IMG/VR virus record: IMGVR_UViG_3300038701_001167
Coordinates: 7,536 to 71,535 of that record
Length of the DNA: 64,000 bases
Origin: a virus
Strand: one strand, 5' to 3'
This document shows positions 56,631 through 64,000 of the stretch, piece by piece (within the stretch, counting starts at the first letter, position 1; each line of letters begins with the position of its first letter). The translations under genes were made by a program, and so were the position numbers. The notes under the pieces are model-generated. The model was not told where the DNA came from and made no database searches. It was given only the letters and a program-made list of their open reading frames with translations.

Positions 56631-56781
56631 GATTCTACTTGTTCTGATTCAAAGATTCATGGTGATAAAACACTCGAAAAAACAAACTGTTAGCGGCCTA
56701 AACATAACCAATCTGGGGCAAGCCATAACGAATATGGGGTGAAAGATAACGGATCTGGGCTGAACTATAACCAATCTGGGG
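56631..56781. repeat. putative plasmid origin: 3 GANTC sites, AT-rich stretch, 4 iterons at 21-bp period
   Basis: ATAAC(C/G)(A/G)AT(C/A)TGGG(G/C) at 56704, 56725, 56746 and 56767; GATTC at 56631, 56646 and 56654. Confidence 0.85.
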
Positions 56782-56785
56782 AAGA

Positions 56786-57664
56786 TCAGTCTTCGTCGAT
56801 CACATCAGACTTGAGAGACTGTCTTGTGGTCTTTCCGACGCTTGGCATTGGGTCCAAAACATAACTGACTGTGTTGGTGATACGAGCTTTGCGGCCGACT
56901 TTTGGTTGCTGCAGTTCTTGGAAAGCTGACTTGATCTCATCGATGTTTTTCTTCCACCAACCCAGGCGAATGTGAGTTACCTTTCGACCGGTCTTGATGG
57001 GAGCCACTGAGATGTGGAAGTCGGCAAGAGCATTGATCTCTTGTACTGCAGGCTTGATCACTTTCTGAGCTAGGTTCCCATAGGAAGGATATTTGTCTGC
57101 CTCCACACCCAAGAGAGTTCTGAACTCATCTAGTGTGTATGTGTGACTTATCTTGTGATCGAGCCCAGAGAGTTGAGCAGCATTTTCATAGAGAGAAATA
57201 CCGTATTTGGAGGAGAGAGACAACAGAACAGGAAAGCTGATCTTCCCCCAAATAGTTGAGTTGCTTAGGATTTTGGTGAGACGCTTGTCAAAGGAGTAGG
57301 TCAAAGTTCCGGCTGGCCGATCTGGAGAATCCAGATCGTTACCACCAAGGAACTGGACCCGTGTGGTTGATCCATCGGCATGTTTGACAGTGACCAGGGT
57401 TTTCATCAGAGCCTCAATGGACTCGACAACAATCTCATATCCCTTGTGTCGTGAACCAATGAGATCAGAGATCTCGATGGTGTAATCCTTGTTCTCTTGG
57501 ATCCCCTGAGAATGGGCGTTGTGCCATAGCAAGGTAATCGATCGACGAGCAGCAAGAGAGAGGTTCTCATGTCCTGTTACCTGGATCAATTCAGCAGGCT
57601 TCTTTGCCTCTCCGGGAAGAGGGCGCTGATCGATAACGAGGTATGAGGACTTTGATTCAGACAT
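56786..57664 (-). CDS. Rep_3-family plasmid replication initiator (Rhodobacteraceae type)
   Basis: KPAELIQVTGH..LSL.ARR.I..LWHNAH, RVQFLGGND, LTYSFD, SKY...LYE, TLDEFR.LLGV...KY, VIKPAV.EIN, KTGRKVT. Confidence 0.92.
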   Translation of the reverse strand: MSESKSSYLVIDQRPLPGEAKKPAELIQVTGHENLSLAARRSITLLWHNAHSQGIQENKDYTIEISDLIGSRHKGYEIVVESIEALMKTLVTVKHADGSTTRVQFLGGNDLDSPDRPAGTLTYSFDKRLTKILSNSTIWGKISFPVLLSLSSKYGISLYENAAQLSGLDHKISHTYTLDEFRTLLGVEADKYPSYGNLAQKVIKPAVQEINALADFHISVAPIKTGRKVTHIRLGWWKKNIDEIKSAFQELQQPKVGRKARITNTVSYVLDPMPSVGKTTRQSLKSDVIDED

Positions 57665-57674
57665 TCCCCAAATG

Positions 57675-57741
57675 TAACCAATCTGGGGAAGTATGTAAGA
57701 GGAAAAGGGGAGCCAGTTACAGTTCCCCAGATTTGTTATAG
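57675..57741. promoter_or_regulatory. inverted pair of iteron half-sites upstream of rep (candidate autorepression operator)
   Basis: TAACCAATCTGGGGAA at 57675 and inverted TTCCCCAGATTTGTTA at 57723. Confidence 0.7.
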
Positions 57742-57844
57742 TTGACAGCAAGTCCCTAGCTGTCTCTCCTCTCTCGAGGTCGCCCTTACAGGTGCCTTTC
57801 CCTGGGCTCGGGAGGATCCGAACCTGCTCCGGATTGAAATTCTA

Positions 57845-58189
57845 TCAAACGTCTCCGACGAAGGTGTAGAGACATCCTTCTTTGGTTCGTTCTGTGCGAA
57901 TGAAACCAACCTTGTCGAGATCACGGCAGACCCTACGAAGGTTGGGAGCCTGTGCATCTGATATGTTGGTGAGAAGGTCCTTGGTGGTCACTGGACCGGG
58001 TGAGTTCTTGAGATAAGCCATAACGTCTTTCTTGATACGGCTGGGAGGAGGAACATGGTGCTTCATTCCTGAAGCAGGCAAGCGTGGCTTGTGTCCCTCT
58101 GCCTCAGTCAACTTTTTCATCATGTTTCCAAACATGGCCTCAACGGCCTGGTATTGGGTTTGTACGGTAGTGTCCAAACTAGCCCTCAT
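57845..58189 (-). CDS. winged-helix DNA-binding protein
   Basis: IKKDVMAYLKNSPGPVTTKDLL...LRRVCRDLDKVGFIRTER....YT. Confidence 0.65.
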   Translation of the reverse strand: MRASLDTTVQTQYQAVEAMFGNMMKKLTEAEGHKPRLPASGMKHHVPPPSRIKKDVMAYLKNSPGPVTTKDLLTNISDAQAPNLRRVCRDLDKVGFIRTERTKEGCLYTFVGDV

Positions 58190-58466
58190 ATGTTTGCAGT
58201 GAGTGAAACTGCTTTGGTGTGATGTGGTGTGGAATACATCAACCATATGAGAGAAGGGGTCAAGAGGTGTTGGGCAGTTAGTCGCATGCCCAGGCCAGAT
58301 TTGCTCTATCTATCTTAACTGGTTTCCCATTTCCGAGACCAGAACTCGGCGGGTAATGAGTTAAGATGTGCTGATACTTCCTTGATAAAAGAAAGTTTTT
58401 CAGCAGGAAATGTGATGACACTGACGAGAGCGAATATCAGTAGGAGCATCACAGAAAACATAAACA

Positions 58467-58664
58467 TTAGACGAATCCAGCCTCTATGGCTGCACTCTCT
58501 TCGATTTCGAAGGTCCCGATCATGCCGGGAACTAAGTACGTGTCATCATAGTCGACATGTGATTTTGAGATGAACTCAGCAGTGCCATCTTCGGAGTCTT
58601 TCACAAGGATGGCTGCATCTGTCTCGTGGATGAAGATAAGATCAAGGGCGACACGATCCGTCAT
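58467..58664 (-). CDS. hypothetical protein (65 aa)
   Basis: ATGA coupling to dcd. Confidence 0.6.
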   Translation of the reverse strand: MTDRVALDLIFIHETDAAILVKDSEDGTAEFISKSHVDYDDTYLVPGMIGTFEIEESAAIEAGFV

Positions 58665-59176
58665 ACTGCACCTTCAAAGATTGCTTCAACCGGACGATCT
58701 GCTTGATCCTGATACTTTCCATTGTAGGCTGCAGGGTTGGCAATCTGGGAGAAGAGAATCTGTGCAATGCCTGCACCGGCAGGAATGTGAAGGAATTCAT
58801 TACCGTGATAAACAAGTTCCAAAGTCAAAAAACCTTTCCATCCTGGTTCGATTACTGTGTTAAAGACTGACAGGCCTGTTCGAGCCCATGTCGATTTGTC
58901 ATGCACCACACCAACGAGATCTTCAGGGACCTGAAACTCTTCGATGGCAGAAGCGATTGTGAACCGGCTGTACTGTACCGGCCCAGAGTTCACGGTGACG
59001 TGCATGCCACCATGACGGGAAGGAGAAAAAACAACATCCTGAGCGATGCGGATATCGTATCCGGCTTCTGCAAGACCATGACTGACACCATGTGTTCGCT
59101 GCTTTGTGTCGGACATGTTTGCAATCGGTGCCTTCTCAAGAAGGGCTTGGCGATTGATGATCATGGTTCCACTCAT
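58661..59176 (-). CDS. dcd: dCTP deaminase/dUTPase family protein (N4 gp26 homolog)
   Basis: AGYDIR, DKSTWARTG, VIEPGWKGFLTLEL, GIAQ, KYQ.Q. Confidence 0.88.
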   Translation of the reverse strand: MSGTMIINRQALLEKAPIANMSDTKQRTHGVSHGLAEAGYDIRIAQDVVFSPSRHGGMHVTVNSGPVQYSRFTIASAIEEFQVPEDLVGVVHDKSTWARTGLSVFNTVIEPGWKGFLTLELVYHGNEFLHIPAGAGIAQILFSQIANPAAYNGKYQDQADRPVEAIFEGAV

Positions 59177-59189
59177 TGAGTAAAGAAAA

Positions 59190-59211
59190 AGGCACCTCCG
59201 AAGAGATGCCT
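59190..59211 (-). terminator. intrinsic terminator
   Basis: Minus-strand AGGCAUCUC-UUCG-GAGGUGCCU-UUUU. Confidence 0.7.
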
Positions 59212-59243
59212 TGGTTGTGATTGGTCAGAGTAATGTAAGGAAG

Positions 59244-60446
59244 TCAGGCTGCCAGATCTTCTCGATCCAGGTGAATCATCTTCCCGAAGTGCGTTTGAGC
59301 ATCGGAGTTGTCCATGACAACCCAGACAATCGGAACACCGGGATTGTCCACCATTGGTTCAACATAGAGATCTGAGAAGACCACTGCTGCTGTGGGTTTG
59401 TTCTCTTTGATGTGGGCTTGGACACACTCAAGACAGGTTCCACCTCGACCATGCACTTCGATCCTGTCGAAAGGTTGTTCTTTGGTGATCTTGTAGATGT
59501 CGTGCAGCTCAGTATCAAAGGTCACAAGTGTGAGAAGCTCAGGCTTCAGGTTCTTATGGATGGCTCTGACTTCAGAGTTGAAGCGTTTGATTTCTCCATC
59601 AGAGATCGAACCAGACACATCGAGGTAGTAGACGATGTGTTCGAGACCGTTGTCACCCACAAGAGAGGGCAGGTACTCATCCGATCTACGAGATGGCCGG
59701 CGCCATGAATAATCATCTTTGCTGAGTGCCGTGAAATACTTCCGCAAGATCTTCCTCCAGTCCAGTTTTGGCTTGAGGAAAGAGTCGATCATGAGGGTGA
59801 CTTCACCGGGAAGAGCCCCGGCCTGGTTAGCTTGGATGGCAGCCTGTTGTGCTGCAATCATGGTTCCAACAACTTCCTGAACAGCCGCATCATGTGCAGC
59901 AGAGCCAGGAACACCCGGAAGGTCTTTCACATCACCAAAGAGAGGAACACCTGACATATCCGGCATATCGAAAGGCTTCATGCCTTCACTGATGAGAATG
60001 TCATAGACCTGTTCTGTGGTCATGTTGTCGAAGCGGTGATCCATGTAAAGCTTGAAGCCCACATCGAGATCGTAGCCCTGACTGTCGAGCATGTTGTTGA
60101 TCACGTAGTCTGCAGCGATGTTCCAGATATCCGGACACCGACCCTGACGACGAATGTGGTGGCCGTAGCCTGTGTGCCAAAGCTCATGAGCCAAGACGAA
60201 CACACGAGCAGTGGGACGGAGACGGATAAAGAAGTTGGCATCATGGCAGATGGTTTTGCCATCACACCAAGCTGTCGCTCCTGTCAGTTCCCATGTGAAC
60301 TTGTGGTTACACAGGAGGGAGCCAAGATAAGCTGCTCCCGGCATGTTAAAAAGCTGTCCCTTAATACGGGACAGCATTGTGTTGAGTTTATCGACTGTGC
60401 CGCGGTCAAGCTGCGTTATCGAAGGTCTCGTCATCGTCGTCTGCAT
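59244..60446 (-). CDS. vWA-domain putative metallopeptidase (N4 gp25 homolog)
   Basis: VLAHELWH, WNIAADYVIN, DVSGSIS, GRGGT. Confidence 0.85.
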   Translation of the reverse strand: MQTTMTRPSITQLDRGTVDKLNTMLSRIKGQLFNMPGAAYLGSLLCNHKFTWELTGATAWCDGKTICHDANFFIRLRPTARVFVLAHELWHTGYGHHIRRQGRCPDIWNIAADYVINNMLDSQGYDLDVGFKLYMDHRFDNMTTEQVYDILISEGMKPFDMPDMSGVPLFGDVKDLPGVPGSAAHDAAVQEVVGTMIAAQQAAIQANQAGALPGEVTLMIDSFLKPKLDWRKILRKYFTALSKDDYSWRRPSRRSDEYLPSLVGDNGLEHIVYYLDVSGSISDGEIKRFNSEVRAIHKNLKPELLTLVTFDTELHDIYKITKEQPFDRIEVHGRGGTCLECVQAHIKENKPTAAVVFSDLYVEPMVDNPGVPIVWVVMDNSDAQTHFGKMIHLDREDLAA

Positions 60447-61461
60447 AGAAGAACTCCGTCAGATGTTGTTGACTTTTGACAAATTTCGGGTGTTTCCGAA
60501 TAGTCGGTTGCCGATTGACAGCACCACGGAAGAAAACGACCTGCATCTCTTTGGGCATGCGGTGCATGTATTTGACGACGTCTTCGAAGTTTTTGTCATC
60601 AAACTTGGCAATAAGCATAGAGATAACAGCAAACTGAGTTCCATTATCACGAGGAATTTCAATACCTTCTGGATCCCTCAAGATAGAAGCAAACGTAGGC
60701 AGTTTATTATATTCCTTACAGAACGCATGAAAGCTCTGGGCTGGTCCGGCAGAGATGATACCTGAGAGGGTTCGAAGACTAATCTCATCATGGGTTTTAC
60801 CTTTGATGAACTTCGAGGTGAACTCCCAAGTCCGAGGACATGCAAAAGTGTGTTCCACTTCATCCGGATTGAATGAGTGCAAGAGTTGTGGCTGGAATTC
60901 CAGAAAACCCATGATCCGGTTGTCAAAGCCAGCCTTGTAGGCATAGGCAATGAAATCATCTGGATCAGGACGCATTCCAAGGTGAACCACACGAGATTGC
61001 AAAGCTGTGCCAATGTCGTTGACAATGGCGTTGTCTTCTTCCCGGTTACCAGCAAGAAGGATTTTGGTTTTGGGGTGCAACTTCTTCATACCGACAACAC
61101 GGTCATAGACAATCTTGTAGGCTGCAGCGAGCACACCACGGGGAGCAGAGTTGAACTCATCGAGGAAGATGAGGAACCCGTCTTTGCCTTCAGGAAGCTG
61201 TGTGTCTTCGTCGGGGAAGACATCGAAGGGAACGAACTGAGCCCGGTCTCCAACACGCATAGGCAAGCCCATGAGATCTTCAGGAGTACACTGGCTCAAT
61301 CGAATGTCGATCAGCTCCAGACCAAATTCTTCAGCAATCTGCGCTGCAATAGCAGACTTTCCCAGACCAGGACCGGATGTGACAAAGGGAACCAGATCAC
61401 GAATAAGGAGATCGATGATCTCGTCTTTGAGTTCTGAAGGCTTGAAGTCAAGGTTGGACAT
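60406..61461 (-). CDS. MoxR-like AAA ATPase (N4 gp24 homolog)
   Basis: GPGLGKS, DLMGLP, FLDEFNSA, AGNR, ALQSR, CPRTWE. Confidence 0.88.
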   Translation of the reverse strand: MSNLDFKPSELKDEIIDLLIRDLVPFVTSGPGLGKSAIAAQIAEEFGLELIDIRLSQCTPEDLMGLPMRVGDRAQFVPFDVFPDEDTQLPEGKDGFLIFLDEFNSAPRGVLAAAYKIVYDRVVGMKKLHPKTKILLAGNREEDNAIVNDIGTALQSRVVHLGMRPDPDDFIAYAYKAGFDNRIMGFLEFQPQLLHSFNPDEVEHTFACPRTWEFTSKFIKGKTHDEISLRTLSGIISAGPAQSFHAFCKEYNKLPTFASILRDPEGIEIPRDNGTQFAVISMLIAKFDDKNFEDVVKYMHRMPKEMQVVFFRGAVNRQPTIRKHPKFVKSQQHLTEFFYADDDDETFDNAA

Positions 61462-61644
61462 GAGGTTTCTCCAATAAGTGAGCGGAAGCATTGAAGAAAT
61501 CAGCTTCTTCATTGGCTCGACGCAGGACATATTCTTCCCAGTCCCGGTCACTCATTGGTGCAGGGTTGGGCTGTGTGATTGGTAGGGGAGGGAATGAAGT
61601 GTGTTTCATGGGCCAAGTCCTTTCGGAAAAAGCCCATGAATGAG

Positions 61645-61884
61645 TTAAGGATCGATTGGCCCAATGATGGAATTAGTTGGCCATGCTTCCTGTTTTGTAA
61701 AAGGGACAGGGGCCGTAATATCCCGATTCATGCCTCTCGGATCACGCCAGTAGGCCGGATAAAAGCAAAGTCCTTTGAGAGAAAGCCCTGCTCTAAACAG
61801 ACGATTCCAAGTGACGCCTTCAGCATTACCGGCCATTTGACTGACAAAGCTGAGACCGTTGAGATAGGTTTGCTCGTTCATCAT
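61645..61884 (-). CDS. hypothetical protein (79 aa)
   Basis: ATGA coupling. Confidence 0.55.
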   Translation of the reverse strand: MMNEQTYLNGLSFVSQMAGNAEGVTWNRLFRAGLSLKGLCFYPAYWRDPRGMNRDITAPVPFTKQEAWPTNSIIGPIDP

Positions 61885-62219
61885 TTGCTTACGAGCTCGT
61901 CATCGAACCGGGACATAATCACTGCCATAGCCACGCTCAGATCCTTCAGGGGAGCCTTCTGGAGCATTTCACGAAGACGAGCCCATTCAGGAGACTTGGT
62001 GCTCTCAGCGACTTGCTGAGCGGCTTGTGTTATCTCTTCTGGTTCAGGCTTCTGTGGTTCTTCTCCCAGCATCTCACCAATGAGGTTGATGGCTGGTTCG
62101 AGCATGGTCCACATGTCTTCTCGGTCGATGTTGTTGGAGGCACCGGATTTCTGAAGAAGAGCCAGGGTATCAACGATTTTCTGAACCCGGCCAGCGTTGG
62201 TTTGGTTATGAAAGCTCAT
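61881..62219 (-). CDS. hypothetical protein (112 aa)
   Basis: ATGA coupling. Confidence 0.65.
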   Translation of the reverse strand: MSFHNQTNAGRVQKIVDTLALLQKSGASNNIDREDMWTMLEPAINLIGEMLGEEPQKPEPEEITQAAQQVAESTKSPEWARLREMLQKAPLKDLSVAMAVIMSRFDDELVSK

Positions 62220-62410
62220 ACTGTCTCATTTGCGATGGCAAAGGTCTGCCGGTTGGTGCAGTCTTCTCGGACTGCTTCATTGTCTTCGGGATAGTTGACG
62301 ATCTGATCTTCGAAGATGTTGCAGGCTTCTTCTTCACACTGAGCTTCAACTTCAGTGACGAAAGTGGAGGTCACAGTTTCAGTGACTGTCACGGTGAATA
62401 GAGGCATCAC
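62216..62410 (-). CDS. hypothetical protein (64 aa)
   Basis: Overlap coupling. Confidence 0.6.
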   Translation of the reverse strand: MMPLFTVTVTETVTSTFVTEVEAQCEEEACNIFEDQIVNYPEDNEAVREDCTNRQTFAIANETV

Positions 62411-62796
62411 GCACCGCCTTCCTTGGCTGCGGTGTAGGCGGCTAACTCAGACAGGCAACGAGACAACCTAAGCCCCCATACAACAGAACTATCTGTTGGC
62501 TTCAAATTTCCGAAGTCATCTACAGCTTCCGCCAGCGCATCCGCCGCTTTGACTTGGCGCTCCAGCTTATCAAACTTCGTATCGTGACGGCGATGTGTTT
62601 CTGCCTCACGATCAAGGTAGGTTTTGATAGTTTGTTCAAGATTTCGCCGCGCCCATTTGTATTCTTCTTCGATCGCTTCATGGTCTTCGACCATAGCCAT
62701 TCCTATGAACGAGTAATCGCGATGTGAAGTCTCAAATCGGGTGATCATTGCTTTGATGGGCGCCGGAATATCGACGTGATAGTTTGGATCACTCAT
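62407..62796 (-). CDS. hypothetical protein (129 aa)
   Basis: TAATG coupling. Confidence 0.6.
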   Translation of the reverse strand: MSDPNYHVDIPAPIKAMITRFETSHRDYSFIGMAMVEDHEAIEEEYKWARRNLEQTIKTYLDREAETHRRHDTKFDKLERQVKAADALAEAVDDFGNLKPTDSSVVWGLRLSRCLSELAAYTAAKEGGA

Positions 62797-63338
62797 TAGT
62801 AGTCTCCTTCAGCGACTTGGCAGCAAAGCAGACCTTCAGAACGCCACATGGTTGTGTCGTCTTTGCGATCTTCGAACACGAGAGTTGGGTTGAATCCGTC
62901 AGCACGGGCTTTGTTGAGAAGATCTCGTTTGACTTCATGGCTTGGTCGACGGTCGCTGTTGGAGCGCATGTAGAGAAGAGGGCCAATTGGCCTTCCCTGA
63001 TATTCAGAGCGACGACGCCAAATGGCGACAGCGTAGGCGCGAACATCGCACTTGCCATCTGTGAGCCACTTGATGGTCATATCCCTGGTGCTCTCCTTGC
63101 GACCGGTGATGAAGATCACGCGATAGCTTTGAGGATCATCAAGCATGGACTCGAGAATAGCCCATGTCTGAGGAATTGGTGCATCTTTGGCCACCTGCTC
63201 ATCCGACAGGAAAGTATCCCAGTCAGGTTTGAGGTCACGAGTGACTCCACCCGGTTTGAAATAGGCTATGTCCTTGATGAAGTGGAGACGGTGCGAAGCG
63301 TCAGCGAGAGTACCGTCGATATCAAAAATAACGTCCAT
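62796..63338 (-). CDS. HAD-family phosphatase (PNKP/PseT phosphatase-domain-like)
   Basis: FDIDGTLAD, FITGR, LYMR...D.R....VK, VFEDR......W...G..C.QV..GDY. Confidence 0.85.
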   Translation of the reverse strand: MDVIFDIDGTLADASHRLHFIKDIAYFKPGGVTRDLKPDWDTFLSDEQVAKDAPIPQTWAILESMLDDPQSYRVIFITGRKESTRDMTIKWLTDGKCDVRAYAVAIWRRRSEYQGRPIGPLLYMRSNSDRRPSHEVKRDLLNKARADGFNPTLVFEDRKDDTTMWRSEGLLCCQVAEGDY

Positions 63339-63341
63339 GGT

Positions 63342-63653
63342 TCAATTCCTTTTCAGAGCTTCTTCAGCATCTTTGATGGCTCGATCGATAGCTCCGTCTT
63401 CATCTTTGAAGAGGCCACGCATCATTTCGACTTGATCAAGTAGCTGACCTAGACTGGCTTCCAGCTCTCGTACTTTAGTGATTTGAGGGATGATTTCTGC
63501 AGCCATAAGCATGCAGGCCTGAGTATTGGCGATGCGATGTTCACCGGCCCGATCATGATTGTCTTCGGCATCGTACCAGATGTCGTAGAATGGGCCATTA
63601 CGGAGAGCTCGGATGATCCGTGAAAGGACTTTTTTGTTCGTAATCGTAGTCAT
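63342..63653 (-). CDS. hypothetical protein (103 aa)
   Basis: GGAGG RBS. Confidence 0.65.
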   Translation of the reverse strand: MTTITNKKVLSRIIRALRNGPFYDIWYDAEDNHDRAGEHRIANTQACMLMAAEIIPQITKVRELEASLGQLLDQVEMMRGLFKDEDGAIDRAIKDAEEALKRN

Positions 63654-63999
63654 GTTGGTCCTCCTTTGGAATTTTGGGGGAAGCGAAGATGAGATATGTA
63701 AGATCGTCTTGAGCTCTTGTGAGACGGGCTTTGCAGCCAGCGATGTGCCGCTCTTTGCGAGCTACACAATCTTGCCAAGCGGTCTCTCTGGTAGGGCAGG
63801 CGAACTGCTTCTTGCCTTTGCCCATGACTAGCCAGGGACCGATAAAGAGGTTCTGGATATCTTTCCCCATCCAACGATCTGGATCGGTGTCTCCCATTGA
63901 GGTTTCCGTGAGCCAGACACCTTTGGGAGTTTGTTTGATGACGCCGAATTTGCGCCAAATGATACGGGTAGAAGAACCTACGACGTCTTCATAATAAGG
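63598..63999 (-). CDS. hypothetical protein, 5' end outside the window
   Basis: Frame stays open to the window edge (PYYEDVV...VIKQTPKGVWL...). Confidence 0.55.
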   Translation of the reverse strand, partial: PYYEDVVGSSTRIIWRKFGVIKQTPKGVWLTETSMGDTDPDRWMGKDIQNLFIGPWLVMGKGKKQFACPTRETAWQDCVARKERHIAGCKARLTRAQDDLTYLIFASPKIPKEDQHDYDYEQKSPFTDHPSSP

Positions 64000-64000
64000 A

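Noticed and set aside
56704-56781. CRISPR array
   Set aside because: The spacers are only 6 bp and there are no cas genes; the 21-bp period beside rep fits iterons.
1-64000. Circular permutation (genome ends joined near 5.1-5.7 kb) as proof of a plasmid state
   Set aside because: Terminal-repeat phages routinely assemble as circles, so this is not independent evidence.

Overview
About 64 kb, apparently most of the genome, of an N4-like podovirus (Schitoviridae). The host is probably Rhodobacteraceae (Roseobacter group), inferred from the type of plasmid replication initiator. Hallmarks: a 3,429-aa virion RNA polymerase, split RNAPII (subunit 1 plus the first 10 codons of subunit 2 at the left edge), a gp2-like activator, GNA-triloop hairpin early promoters, the N4 replication block, the N4 structural block, a mosaic tail region and a lysis cassette. 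Gene order is circularly permuted relative to coliphage N4, with the presumed genome ends joined near 5.1-5.7 kb. The main surprise is a complete plasmid replicon between dcd and the helicase: Rep_3 initiator, four 21-bp-phased iterons, clustered GANTC sites, short ParA and an RHH partner. No integrase is visible, so this looks like an N4-like phage-plasmid. Other unexplained structure: a dispersed TCACACCA/pentamer motif upstream of about 11 genes including parA, a ~540-nt highly base-paired intergenic region (candidate ncRNA), an Acb2/Tad1-like anti-defence gene, a holin-endolysin fusion, a nucleotide-hydrolase insertion between the terminase genes, and small genes bounded by 16-bp direct repeats. 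All family assignments come from motif recognition by eye; no searches were run. Several start codons are adjusted from the ORF track using RBS position and stop/start overlaps.
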